From: Spirosoma fluviale
GTDB lineage: Bacteria > Bacteroidota > Bacteroidia > Cytophagales > Cyclobacteriaceae
DNA: 64,000 nt
Reading direction: 5' to 3'
Assembly: GCA_945868725.1 (NCBI GenBank)
Contig: CAMBMU010000001.1
Span: forward strand, 17,402-81,401
Part shown: positions 1 to 8,955 of the stretch, one piece after another
Position numbering within the stretch: the first letter of the stretch is position 1
How the letters are laid out: every line of letters starts with the position of its first letter
The notes under the pieces: model-generated
The model's input: only the letters and a program-made list of their open reading frames with translations
What the model was told of the DNA's origin: nothing
The model's database searches: none
Program-made: the position numbers and the translations under genes

Positions 1-508
1 ATGCAATTTCCGTAGTACCGCCTCCAATGTCCACGATCATGGATCCCATTGGTTTCTCAATGTCAATACCAATACCGATGGCCGCTGCGATAGGTTCGTA
101 GATCATGTATACTTCTTTGGCACCCGCATGCTCAGCAGAGTCGCGCACCGCTCTTTTCTCTACTTCGGTGATGCCAGAAGGAATACAAATTACCATTTTA
201 TGGGACTGTGGAAATAGGCCTCTTTTCTGTCCAGGGATCATTTTTATCAATCCACGAATCATTTGCTCCGCAGCGTAGAAGTCTGCAATTACTCCATCTT
301 TAAGTGGGCGGATGGTCTTGATGTTTTCATGAGTTTTTTCGTGCATGTTCATCGCCTCTCTTCCCACAGCCAAAACTCGATTGTTCGTTTTGTCTATGGC
401 AATAATCGATGGTTCATCTACCACGATTTTATCTTTATGGATAATTAGGGTGTTGGCCGTACCCAAATCAATGGCTATGTCACTAGAGAAAAAATCAAAT
501 AGTCCCAT
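1..508 (-). CDS. mreB: Rod shape-determining protein MreB (5' part; runs off window edge)
   Basis: Manual translation from CAT at 506-508 gives MGLFDFFSSDIAIDLGTANTLIIHKDKIVVDEPSIIA...IRPLKDGVIADF..., with actin-like DLGTANT and later EPIAAAIG / VDIGGGTTE motifs. Not in the ORF track because it is truncated. Confidence 0.95.
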   Translation of the reverse strand, partial: MGLFDFFSSDIAIDLGTANTLIIHKDKIVVDEPSIIAIDKTNNRVLAVGREAMNMHEKTHENIKTIRPLKDGVIADFYAAEQMIRGLIKMIPGQKRGLFPQSHKMVICIPSGITEVEKRAVRDSAEHAGAKEVYMIYEPIAAAIGIGIDIEKPMGSMIVDIGGGTTEIA

Positions 509-735
509 TCTTAATTTTTTTTGGATTTTAAACTCGGTATGGACGTGTAGGCTAGTCCTTGCGTACTATTTTTGACCGAGAATCGACAAAAATATTACCT
601 TAAATTGATAAAACAGAGAGAAAGAAGATTTTTTGTTTTGGGTGGTTAGTAATGAGAGCGAATTGTTCCTCACAGTCAATTTTCCAAGACAATGGATTAA
701 ATTTAAGTAAAATTTGGGAGCATTCGATGTGCTAT

Positions 736-767
736 TTTGTATTTCGTTAATCTTTCTATTACTTTTG
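736..767 (+). promoter_or_regulatory. Bacteroidetes sigma-ABfr-type promoter for rimP-nusA-infB
   Basis: TTTG at 736-739 and TACTTTTG (TAnnTTTG) at 760-767 with 20-nt spacing, upstream of rimP. Confidence 0.65.
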
Positions 768-787
768 TGGGGTATTCTAAAGTTTCT

Positions 788-812
788 AGAGGGGACAACA
801 GTCCCCTCTTTC
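788..812 (+). promoter_or_regulatory. rimP leader hairpin (attenuator-like)
   Basis: AGAGGGGAC-AACA-GTCCCCTCT followed by TTC, lying between the promoter and the rimP start. A GGG/CCC terminator-like hairpin is known upstream of rimP in many bacteria. Confidence 0.6.
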
Positions 813-825
813 ATTATCCTCCTGT

Positions 826-1299
826 ATGAGTGACTTAAAGCATGTGATCCTAGATCTAGTCCAAAAGCACCTTCCTAATGAAGAACATTTTATTGTGGAG
901 GTGAAAATTGATCGGGTGGCTGACAAAACCAAAATCCTCATTTTGGTTGACGCTGATCAAGGGATGACTATCGCTGCTTGCGCATCCTTGAGTAGGGCCT
1001 TGTCTGGGGAGCTCGAAACCAATGAACAGTTGGGCGAAGCCTACATCTTAGAGGTGTCATCACCTGGTTTGGATTATCCGCTTACCGAAAAAAGACAGTA
1101 TCAAAAAAATAGTGGAAGGTCTCTCAAAGTCTATCTGGTTTCTGGAGAAGAAGTAGTGGGCAAATTAAAGGAAGTTGAGGAGCAGGGGATTAAGTTGGTG
1201 GTTACCAAAAAAGAAAAGGGAAAAAAAAGTGTTGAAGAGGAGCAAAGTGTCTCCTTCAATGATATAAAAAAATCTATCGTACAAGTATCTTTTAACTAA
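826..1299 (+). CDS. rimP: Ribosome maturation factor RimP
   Basis: 157 aa with a YILEVSSPGLDYPL motif; directly upstream of nusA. Confidence 0.95.
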   Translation: MSDLKHVILDLVQKHLPNEEHFIVEVKIDRVADKTKILILVDADQGMTIAACASLSRALSGELETNEQLGEAYILEVSSPGLDYPLTEKRQYQKNSGRSLKVYLVSGEEVVGKLKEVEEQGIKLVVTKKEKGKKSVEEEQSVSFNDIKKSIVQVSFN

Positions 1300-1304
1300 T
1301 ACCA

Positions 1305-2549
1305 ATGGATGCAAAAATCTTAATTGAATCCTTCGCAGAGTTTGCGAGATCAAAAAATGTGGATCGTCCAACCATGATCCGTATACTGGAAGATGTATTT
1401 AGAGCGATGATTCGCAAGAAGTTTGAATCAGACGATAATTTTGATGTGACCATTAACGCCGACAAAGGTGATTTGGAAATTTTCAGAATTCGAGAAATTG
1501 TAGATGACAACTCTGAAGATATCTGGGATTTTGATAAAATCAGCCTTTCCGATGCTCAAAAAATTGAACCTGACTTTGAAGTAGGTGAAGAGGTCTATGA
1601 AAAAATAGAACTGGAAGAATTTGGAAGAAGAGCTGTTCAAATGGCTCGTCAAACTTTAATTCAGCGTATCAAGGACCTTGAAAAAGACATTCTATTTAGC
1701 AAATACGAGGAGCAAGTAGGAGAAATTATTTCAGCTGAAGTATACCAGATTTTAGGTCGTGAAATTCTTTTGATTGACAATGAAGGCAATGAGTTGATTC
1801 TGCCCAAGGGCGAACAAATTTCAAAAGACCGCTTCAGAAAAGGAGATTCCGTCAAATCAATAGTTCATCGTGTAGACATGATCAATGGAAATCCTAAAGT
1901 GATTTTGTCTCGGACCTCCCCTGTTTTCTTGGAAAGACTTTTTGAAAATGAAGTTCCAGAAGTATATGATGGTTTGATCACCATTGTGAAGGTAGTACGC
2001 GAGCCGGGAGAGCGAGCTAAAGTAGCGGTAGAGTCTTACGATGACCGGATTGACCCGGTTGGTGCTTGCGTAGGCATGAAAGGATCACGTATCCATGCAG
2101 TCGTACGTGAACTACAAAATGAAAATATCGACGTAATCAATTTCACAGAGAATTTGGATTTGTATGTATCCCGCGCCTTGAGTCCAGCAAAAGTCTCCTC
2201 CCTATCCATTAATAAGGAGACCAAACGAATTTCTGTGTTTTTGAAGCCAGACCAGGTTTCTTTAGCGATTGGAAAAGGAGGCTTCAACATCAAACTTGCA
2301 AGCCGATTGGTGGGCTTTGAAATCGATGTGTTCCGTGAGTTGAATGATCATGAAGAAGAAGATGTGGACTTGAACGAGTTCTCAGATGAGATCGATCAGT
2401 GGATTATCGACGAACTTAAAAAGACTGGCCTAGACACTGCAAAGAGCGTGTTGGTGCTGAGTAAGGAAGATTTGATCCGCAGAACAGAGTTGGAAGAGGT
2501 CACTATCGATGAAATTTTCCGAATACTCAGAACAGAATTTGACCAATAA
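1305..2549 (+). CDS. nusA: Transcription termination/antitermination factor NusA
   Basis: FGRRAVQMARQ, S1 and KH domains (REPGERAKVAV, DPVGACVGMKGSRI, AIGKGGFNIKLAS). Confidence 0.98.
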   Translation: MDAKILIESFAEFARSKNVDRPTMIRILEDVFRAMIRKKFESDDNFDVTINADKGDLEIFRIREIVDDNSEDIWDFDKISLSDAQKIEPDFEVGEEVYEKIELEEFGRRAVQMARQTLIQRIKDLEKDILFSKYEEQVGEIISAEVYQILGREILLIDNEGNELILPKGEQISKDRFRKGDSVKSIVHRVDMINGNPKVILSRTSPVFLERLFENEVPEVYDGLITIVKVVREPGERAKVAVESYDDRIDPVGACVGMKGSRIHAVVRELQNENIDVINFTENLDLYVSRALSPAKVSSLSINKETKRISVFLKPDQVSLAIGKGGFNIKLASRLVGFEIDVFRELNDHEEEDVDLNEFSDEIDQWIIDELKKTGLDTAKSVLVLSKEDLIRRTELEEVTIDEIFRILRTEFDQ

Positions 2550-2610
2550 GGGGCTTTAACCCCGAAGATTACCCTAATTTTACTTAAGATTTCGAAAGAG
2601 GTTTTTGCTT

Positions 2611-5436
2611 ATGTCAGAAGAAAAAATGATGCGATTAGGCCAAATAGCCAGAAAGCTCAACGTGGGTACGGCAACCATCGTTGAGTCAATGGCCAAAAAG
2701 GGCTATGAGGTGGAGAACAATCCCAATTCTAAAATCACTTTGGACCAAGTGTCCATGTTGGAAAAGGAATTCAAGTCCTCGGCCCTCGAAAAGGAAGAGG
2801 CTTCCCATCTTTCCATTGGAAAGCGTCATGAGCCTATAGCATCGGAGCAGGATCTGCCGAAGCAGGAAAAAGTTGTAGAGCCAACACCTGTGCCTGTACC
2901 CGTTCAAGAGCCGCAAGCTACTCCAGCCCCTGTAGCGAAAGCTCCAGAGACAGTGGTAGAGAAAATAACTTTAGAAGCACCAAAATTAGAGGGAATTCGC
3001 GTTTTAGGGAAAGTAGATCTTTCCAAAAAGCCAGCACCAACCCCGCCGGCCCCTCAACCGAAACCAAATCCAGCACCAAAGAAAGAGGAAAAAAGGCCTG
3101 AACCAGTTGCTCCTGCAGCTCCTGCAGCTCCCGCAGTTCCCGCCCCTCCAGTAACACCAACCCCTGCTCCTGCCCCTAAAGTAGTTGAAGCGCCAAGCCC
3201 AGTAGTGGCAGTGGTCCCAGATGAACTTATATCCGCCAAAGCGGACTCGCTAAAAGGGCTTACTGTACTTGGTAAAATTGAACTTCCTGCTGATAGAGCA
3301 AAGAAAAAAGGAGGGCCTGTAGCTTCTTCCGATGAGAGAGGGAAGGATAAAAAACGACCTAGAAAACGAATTGATAGTAAACCAGGAGCACCAAATCCTG
3401 CGGGCCAAGCTCCAAGCTCTCAAAATCGTCCTCAGGATCAAAGAGGTCCAAGACCAAATCAGCCTTCAAGACCTGGCCAGCCACCTAGACCGGGTCAGCC
3501 CCGTCCAGCTGGAGGTAGTCCCCAGCAGCGAATCCAAAAGGCGGAACCAACTCCTAAGGAAATTCAAGATCAAATCAAGCAAACCCTTGCGAGACTTCAA
3601 GGCAATAAGCCTGGTGGAAAAACCAAATCTAGACGCGACAAGCGTGCTGAACGCGATCGTGATGTAGAAACTGAGGGAGATGAGGTAAAAATCTTAAAAG
3701 TAACCGAATTCATTTCTGCCAATGACTTGGCATCACTTTTGGATGTGTCGGTTAACCAAATTATATCTGCCTGCTTGTCACTAGGAATGTTTGTGTCCAT
3801 CAACCAGCGCCTAGATGCGGAAGCAATCACCATCATCGCCGATGAATTTGGCTTCGATGTCGAATTTACTAAATCCATCGAAGATGAGATGGAAGAAGAG
3901 GTGCCTGATACTGAAGATGAACTCCTAGAAAGAGCGCCGATTGTTACCATCATGGGACACGTCGATCATGGTAAAACGTCCTTGCTAGATTTTATTCGTA
4001 TGTCAAAAGTAACTGCCGCGGAAGCTGGAGGAATTACTCAGCACATTGGGGCATACGATGTACGAACCAAGACAGGCAATAAAATCGCCTTCCTAGATAC
4101 CCCTGGTCACGAGGCCTTTACCGCAATGAGAGCCCGCGGCGCTAAAATTACTGACGTCGCAATCATCGTGATTGCTGCAGACGATAGCATCATGCCTCAA
4201 ACCAAAGAAGCAATCAACCATGCTCAAGTAGCTGGCGTACCGATGATCTTTGCCATCAATAAAGTGGATAAACCCAATGCTCGCCCTGAGAAAATCAAGG
4301 AAGAGCTGGCCAACATGAACTTGTTGGTAGAAGATTGGGGAGGAAAATACCAGTCTCAAGAGATTTCAGCTAAGACAGGACAAGGAATAGATGAACTTTT
4401 AGAAAAAGTTCTTCTTGAATCAGAAATCTTGGAATTGAAAGCCAATCCAGACAAAAATGCGGTGGGAACTGTAATTGAAGCTTCCTTGGATAAAGGTAGG
4501 GGATATGTTTCTACTGTCATGGTGCAGGCAGGTACCTTGAGAATAGGTGATGTCTTGCTTGCTGGTCAGCACTATGGCCGAGTAAAAGCAATGTTTGATC
4601 ACAAAGGGAACAAGCTGAAAGAAGCAGGTCCATCTACTCCTGTGCAGATGTTGGGTTTGAGTGGCGCTCCACAAGCAGGAGATACCATCAAGGTATACGA
4701 TACCGAACGAGAGGCCAGAGAGATTGCCAATTCCAGAGAGCAAATACAGCGCGAACAAAGTTTACGTACCAAGAAACACATTACCTTGGATGAAATCGGT
4801 CGTCGATTGGCGATCGGCAGTTTCAAGGAGCTCAACATCATCATCAAAGGTGACGTGGATGGTTCGGTGGAAGCACTTTCGGATTCCTTGCTCAAGCTCT
4901 CCAAAGATGAAGTAAAGGTAAGCATCATCCACAAAGGGGTGGGTCAGATTTCCGAATCGGATGTCCTTCTAGCCTCAGCTTCGGATGCAATTATCATTGG
5001 TTTCCAGGTTCGCCCTTCTTCCAATGCGAAAAAGCTTGCAGAACAAGAAGAGATTGAGATCAGACATTATTCCATCATCTACGATGCAATCAATCAAATT
5101 AAGGATGCGATTGAAGGGATGCTGGAGCCAGAATACGAAGAAATCATCACGGGTAATATCACCGTTCGTGAAGTGTTCAAAATCACGAAGGTGGGTACAG
5201 TTGCAGGTTCGTATGTGACGGATGGCTTTATCACCAGAAAAAATAAAATCCGTATCATCCGTGCAGGTATTGTGATCCATGAAGGTGAGATCGACCAGTT
5301 GAAGCGCTTCAAGGACGATGTTTCTGAGGTTAAAGCTGGTTACGAGTGTGGTATTTCGATCAAGAACTACAACGATATCGAAATCGACGATACCATTGAA
5401 GGATACGAAATGAAAGAAATAAAGCGTAAGAAATAA
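2611..5436 (+). CDS. infB: Translation initiation factor IF-2
   Basis: [20 protein letters not shown] and NKVD GTPase motifs, with a long Pro/Ala-rich N-terminus. ATG at 2611 preferred over TTG at 2605. Confidence 0.98.
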   Translation: MSEEKMMRLGQIARKLNVGTATIVESMAKKGYEVENNPNSKITLDQVSMLEKEFKSSALEKEEASHLSIGKRHEPIASEQDLPKQEKVVEPTPVPVPVQEPQATPAPVAKAPETVVEKITLEAPKLEGIRVLGKVDLSKKPAPTPPAPQPKPNPAPKKEEKRPEPVAPAAPAAPAVPAPPVTPTPAPAPKVVEAPSPVVAVVPDELISAKADSLKGLTVLGKIELPADRAKKKGGPVASSDERGKDKKRPRKRIDSKPGAPNPAGQAPSSQNRPQDQRGPRPNQPSRPGQPPRPGQPRPAGGSPQQRIQKAEPTPKEIQDQIKQTLARLQGNKPGGKTKSRRDKRAERDRDVETEGDEVKILKVTEFISANDLASLLDVSVNQIISACLSLGMFVSINQRLDAEAITIIADEFGFDVEFTKSIEDEMEEEVPDTEDELLERAPIVTIMGHVDHGKTSLLDFIRMSKVTAAEAGGITQHIGAYDVRTKTGNKIAFLDTPGHEAFTAMRARGAKITDVAIIVIAADDSIMPQTKEAINHAQVAGVPMIFAINKVDKPNARPEKIKEELANMNLLVEDWGGKYQSQEISAKTGQGIDELLEKVLLESEILELKANPDKNAVGTVIEASLDKGRGYVSTVMVQAGTLRIGDVLLAGQHYGRVKAMFDHKGNKLKEAGPSTPVQMLGLSGAPQAGDTIKVYDTEREAREIANSREQIQREQSLRTKKHITLDEIGRRLAIGSFKELNIIIKGDVDGSVEALSDSLLKLSKDEVKVSIIHKGVGQISESDVLLASASDAIIIGFQVRPSSNAKKLAEQEEIEIRHYSIIYDAINQIKDAIEGMLEPEYEEIITGNITVREVFKITKVGTVAGSYVTDGFITRKNKIRIIRAGIVIHEGEIDQLKRFKDDVSEVKAGYECGISIKNYNDIEIDDTIEGYEMKEIKRKK
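3109..3144 (+). repeat. 9-bp in-frame tandem repeat within infB (APA x4)
   Basis: GCTCCTGCA GCTCCTGCA GCTCCCGCA GTTCCCGCC. Confidence 0.7.
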
Positions 5437-5456
5437 GTTTCTAAAAACTATACTCC

Positions 5457-5486
5457 AAAAGGAATGGCATTCGCTGTTCCTTTTTT
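5457..5486 (+). terminator. Rho-independent terminator after infB
   Basis: AAAAGGAATGGC-ATTC-GCTGTTCC followed by TTTTTT. Confidence 0.8.
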
Positions 5487-5497
5487 AGTTTTGAGGC

Positions 5498-5695
5498 ATG
5501 ATGCTTGAAGTACTTCAATTAATCGCCCAGGGTTTAGCCTTGGGATCAAGTGTCCTGCTGATTCTTGGGCTGATCCGCCCAGTGCTCGTACTCTGGTTTT
5601 TGGACCGGTTCAACCGACTCAAGGTCATCCAGGTGTATGGGATTGCCACACTGATCTTTTTGGGATTGAGTTTTGTGCTTCGGATGATTGGGTAG
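5498..5695 (+). CDS. Small hypothetical membrane protein (2 TM helices)
   Basis: 65 aa with two hydrophobic segments around a GLIRP..VLWFLDRFNRLKV core; fills the intergenic gap. Confidence 0.65.
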   Translation: MMLEVLQLIAQGLALGSSVLLILGLIRPVLVLWFLDRFNRLKVIQVYGIATLIFLGLSFVLRMIG

Positions 5696-5775
5696 GACTT
5701 CTTTCGAGATAAACTTGTGACTAAGTATTGTTTTTCACCGCAATTCTTTCAATTTTTGGTTAAACAATCTCCGAA

Positions 5776-6321
5776 TTGAAAAACGCAGTTGCCATAGCGC
5801 TCCTTTTTTGCTTTGTCCTCTTTCACTTTGGATACTATGCGGTGTACCTCTCCGCCAATGTATCCCTAGAGCGAAATTGGATGGATCAAATCTATGGGGA
5901 GCAACAGGTACAGCTAGAGGAGCGGATTATGAAAATTCCTCTCAATGCCCCTTACCTAGCCAATCAAGAAGATTTTCAAGCCACCAACACGCGTTTTGAA
6001 TTGGATGGCAACTATTATCGAGCCATCAAACAGCGCTACCAAAATGACACCTTGCAAGTGGTCTATGTGCCGGATATAGACAGAAAGGTGCTGGATGTGA
6101 CCGTCAAAAAATGGATTTCCGCCCTTGCAGAGGATCAACTACCTCAAGGCCAAGAGACGAGCAATTTGGGGATGCAGTTTGCCAAAGATTACCTTGGCAC
6201 TGGACTACTCTCCTTTGAAGGGATGAGTTCACCTAATTTTACCACAGAAATAGGGTTTATTTTTTCAACGTATTTGAGTCCTAGTTTCATTTTAGACAGT
6301 CCACCTCCCCAACTCGGGTAA
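5776..6321 (+). CDS. Hypothetical protein with N-terminal signal/TM segment and C-terminal PPP motif
   Basis: 181 aa, TTG start, hydrophobic N-terminus (AIALLFCFVLFHFGYY), ends ILDSPPPQLG. Confidence 0.75.
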   Translation: MKNAVAIALLFCFVLFHFGYYAVYLSANVSLERNWMDQIYGEQQVQLEERIMKIPLNAPYLANQEDFQATNTRFELDGNYYRAIKQRYQNDTLQVVYVPDIDRKVLDVTVKKWISALAEDQLPQGQETSNLGMQFAKDYLGTGLLSFEGMSSPNFTTEIGFIFSTYLSPSFILDSPPPQLG

Positions 6322-6459
6322 TTTTTATTTGGCCCAATTAAATCAAGCATAATCCTGCTTGTGGGTTCAAACTAATCGACACGTAGCTCCAAATCAAGGC
6401 AAAATTCCTGCTTGGAATCGTGTGTAATCATTTTTATTATACCTCAACACTTACTAGCG

Positions 6460-7383
6460 ATGAAGAATCATTTCAGATTCCTTGCCTTGCTTTGCGCAAG
6501 CTTAGGGATCATCACGATAGCGCATGCGCAAACTCCCTTGGATGGGCTAATGATGCCAAAAGGAGAGATTTGCATAGCCCTACAATATGACCAGGTCACC
6601 TGGGACCAGTATTGGGAGGGCTCCACGATTCGAGTAAATCAGAACATCGGTACGTTCACCAAACAAATGGGCATGCCCATGATCGTAGGTGGAATTACCG
6701 ATAAAGTCAATGTAATCCTCAGTCTTCCCTATGTCAAAACAGCAGCTTCTGCGGGGCAACTGACAGGAGTGCAAGGAATCCAAGATTTTGGAATTTCAGT
6801 GAAGGCTTTATTCCTCGAGAAATCTATTGGCAAAGGTAAATTGACTGGTTTTTCCAACTTGAGCTTTAGTAGGCCAGCCTCCAATTATTTATCGGATTAC
6901 ATGCCCTTTAGCTTGGGTTTTGGAGCCAATGAACTTGGCCTCAGAGCCATAGGAAAATACGAATTGGATAAAGGTCCTTACTTCAGGGCATCCTACGCTT
7001 ACCTGCATAGGGGAGCCACCAAGGCTGAGCGGGATTTTTATTATGCAGATCAGGCCTATTATACCTCAAAAATGGATGTGCCGAATGCCTTTCAAGGTCA
7101 GCTTACCTTGGGGTCCTGGTTGTTTAAGTATAGACTTCGGGTAGAAGCAAGTTTGACCACTATTCGATCTACCTCTGGGGACGATATCCGAGTCTATTCC
7201 ATGCCGCAGCCTACCAATAAGGTGAATTTTGACCGGGTGGAGGGATTTGCTCAGTATTATTTTAAAAGTAATGGTAAAGGCTTTGGACTTATCGCCTCCT
7301 ACCAACAGGCAATTTCTGGAAGGAATATGGGCCAATTTTCTGGCTATGGACTAGGAATCACCTATCAATTCAAGGCCTTTTAA
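6460..7383 (+). CDS. Outer-membrane beta-barrel transporter-like protein (MetA-pathway/SphA-like)
   Basis: Signal peptide MKNHFRFLALLCASLGIITIAHA-Q, alternating amphipathic strands and a C-terminal GLGITYQF beta-signal. ATG at 6460 preferred. Confidence 0.7.
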   Translation: MKNHFRFLALLCASLGIITIAHAQTPLDGLMMPKGEICIALQYDQVTWDQYWEGSTIRVNQNIGTFTKQMGMPMIVGGITDKVNVILSLPYVKTAASAGQLTGVQGIQDFGISVKALFLEKSIGKGKLTGFSNLSFSRPASNYLSDYMPFSLGFGANELGLRAIGKYELDKGPYFRASYAYLHRGATKAERDFYYADQAYYTSKMDVPNAFQGQLTLGSWLFKYRLRVEASLTTIRSTSGDDIRVYSMPQPTNKVNFDRVEGFAQYYFKSNGKGFGLIASYQQAISGRNMGQFSGYGLGITYQFKAF

Positions 7384-7393
7384 TTCAGACAAG

Positions 7394-8935
7394 ATGAAAA
7401 AATACAATTACATAAGCATAGGACTTTTAATCTTGTCCTTTTTGACCACTTCTTGTGAGGAAGACTTGCCCACCAAGTATGATTTTACTGGATATCAATT
7501 TTCAAATTTAGACCCGAATGCAGGCCAATGGAAATTGCTGCTTCACACGTCAAACGAACAAATACCCATTTCGATTCCAGCTGCGGCCGGATCTCCGGAA
7601 TTGCTCAAGGAATTGGCAGATGCCAAGGAAAAGCAAGGGAAAGCTACCTCTGCTCAGCGGGAAGCGGTCAGCTACTGGACCAACAATCCGCTCCTGAGAT
7701 GGAATGAGATCGCACTAGAATTGGCAACCAAATACAATTTAATCCCTGCACCCAATCCGGATGGAAGCTACCCCGTACCTGACCCAGCCAACCCTTCCAA
7801 GTACCCCCAGTTTCCGTATTCGCATCCTCCCTATACGAGTAGGATGCTTGCTTACTTGAGTGTGGCCCAGTACGACGGATTGATTATGGCCTGGCAGTAC
7901 AAGTACAAGTTTAAAAGGCAGGCCCCTTACCAATTGGATCCTCAGATCAAATCTTCCTACGAAAGTACTGGGCTCTTTTCCTACCCTTCAGATGGAGCAG
8001 TGATTGCGAAGGCTTCACAGGATATTCTTACGTCGATGTTCCCCTTAGAAAAGGAGTTTTTGGCTCAGAAAGCGCAAGAGCATTTGGAATCTCTTCTGAT
8101 CGCAGGCATCAACGTGAGCAGTGATGTCGAGGCAGGAAAACTAATTGGGGCCGAGGTCGCCAAAACGGCCTTGACAAGAGCGTCCACAGATGGGATGAAA
8201 AATGCCCAAACTACTCGAGCTAAATCGGATTCCATCAAAAATGCTGCTAAGGAGCGGTTTGGTTGGGTCTGGGAAAATCAGGAGACCCCACAGCGGATGG
8301 TAGGATTGGTTCCTCTGTTTAGTAAGGTTCGCCTTTGGAATGTGCCCAATGTAGAAGCCATTCGTCCTGGACCACCTCCAGCGCCTGGATCTCCAGCCTT
8401 TGAGGAGTCGGTCAAGGAATTGAAGCAGTATACCAATAACCTGACGACCGATCAGCGAAGGATAGCCAACTTCTGGAATGATGGGTTGAATACCTATACG
8501 CCTCCAGGGCATTGGAACCGTTTTGCCAAAGAGGAAGTGGTAGCCAATAAGTTGAGTCCTGTCCGAACGGCTCGGGTCTTTGCTTACCTCAACATGGCCA
8601 TTGTAGATGCAGGAATCGGCTGTTGGGATGCAAAGTATTACTACCATTACCCAAGGCCTATTCAGACCATTTCTGGATTTAAAACCATTTTGGGTACCCC
8701 TAATTTCCCTGCCTACACTTCAGGACATGCTACCTTTTCGGGAGCTGCAGCGGAAGTAATGGCTCACTTTTTTCCAGCCAATGCAAGTCAATTTCGAACC
8801 TGGGCTGAGGAAGCCTCTATGTCGCGCATTTATGGGGGTATTCATTACTCCTTTGATGCTACCGCAGGCTTGACTCAAGGACGGCAAGCGGCTGCTTACT
8901 CCATTGCTAGGGCAAAGCTAGATGGGGTAGATTAA
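7394..8935 (+). CDS. Vanadium-dependent haloperoxidase / PAP2-family lipoprotein
   Basis: Lipobox LTTS-C. The C-terminal domain has the three vanadate/phosphate-binding motifs WDAKYYYHYPRP, PNFPAYTSGH and SRIYGGIHY. Confidence 0.85.
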   Translation: MKKYNYISIGLLILSFLTTSCEEDLPTKYDFTGYQFSNLDPNAGQWKLLLHTSNEQIPISIPAAAGSPELLKELADAKEKQGKATSAQREAVSYWTNNPLLRWNEIALELATKYNLIPAPNPDGSYPVPDPANPSKYPQFPYSHPPYTSRMLAYLSVAQYDGLIMAWQYKYKFKRQAPYQLDPQIKSSYESTGLFSYPSDGAVIAKASQDILTSMFPLEKEFLAQKAQEHLESLLIAGINVSSDVEAGKLIGAEVAKTALTRASTDGMKNAQTTRAKSDSIKNAAKERFGWVWENQETPQRMVGLVPLFSKVRLWNVPNVEAIRPGPPPAPGSPAFEESVKELKQYTNNLTTDQRRIANFWNDGLNTYTPPGHWNRFAKEEVVANKLSPVRTARVFAYLNMAIVDAGIGCWDAKYYYHYPRPIQTISGFKTILGTPNFPAYTSGHATFSGAAAEVMAHFFPANASQFRTWAEEASMSRIYGGIHYSFDATAGLTQGRQAAAYSIARAKLDGVD

Positions 8936-8955
8936 ATCCGTTGCCAGCTAAGGGG

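Noticed and set aside
263-814. Short ORFs 263-448, 345-575 and 566-814
   Set aside because: They are antisense to mreB or span the divergent promoter region and show no protein-like features.
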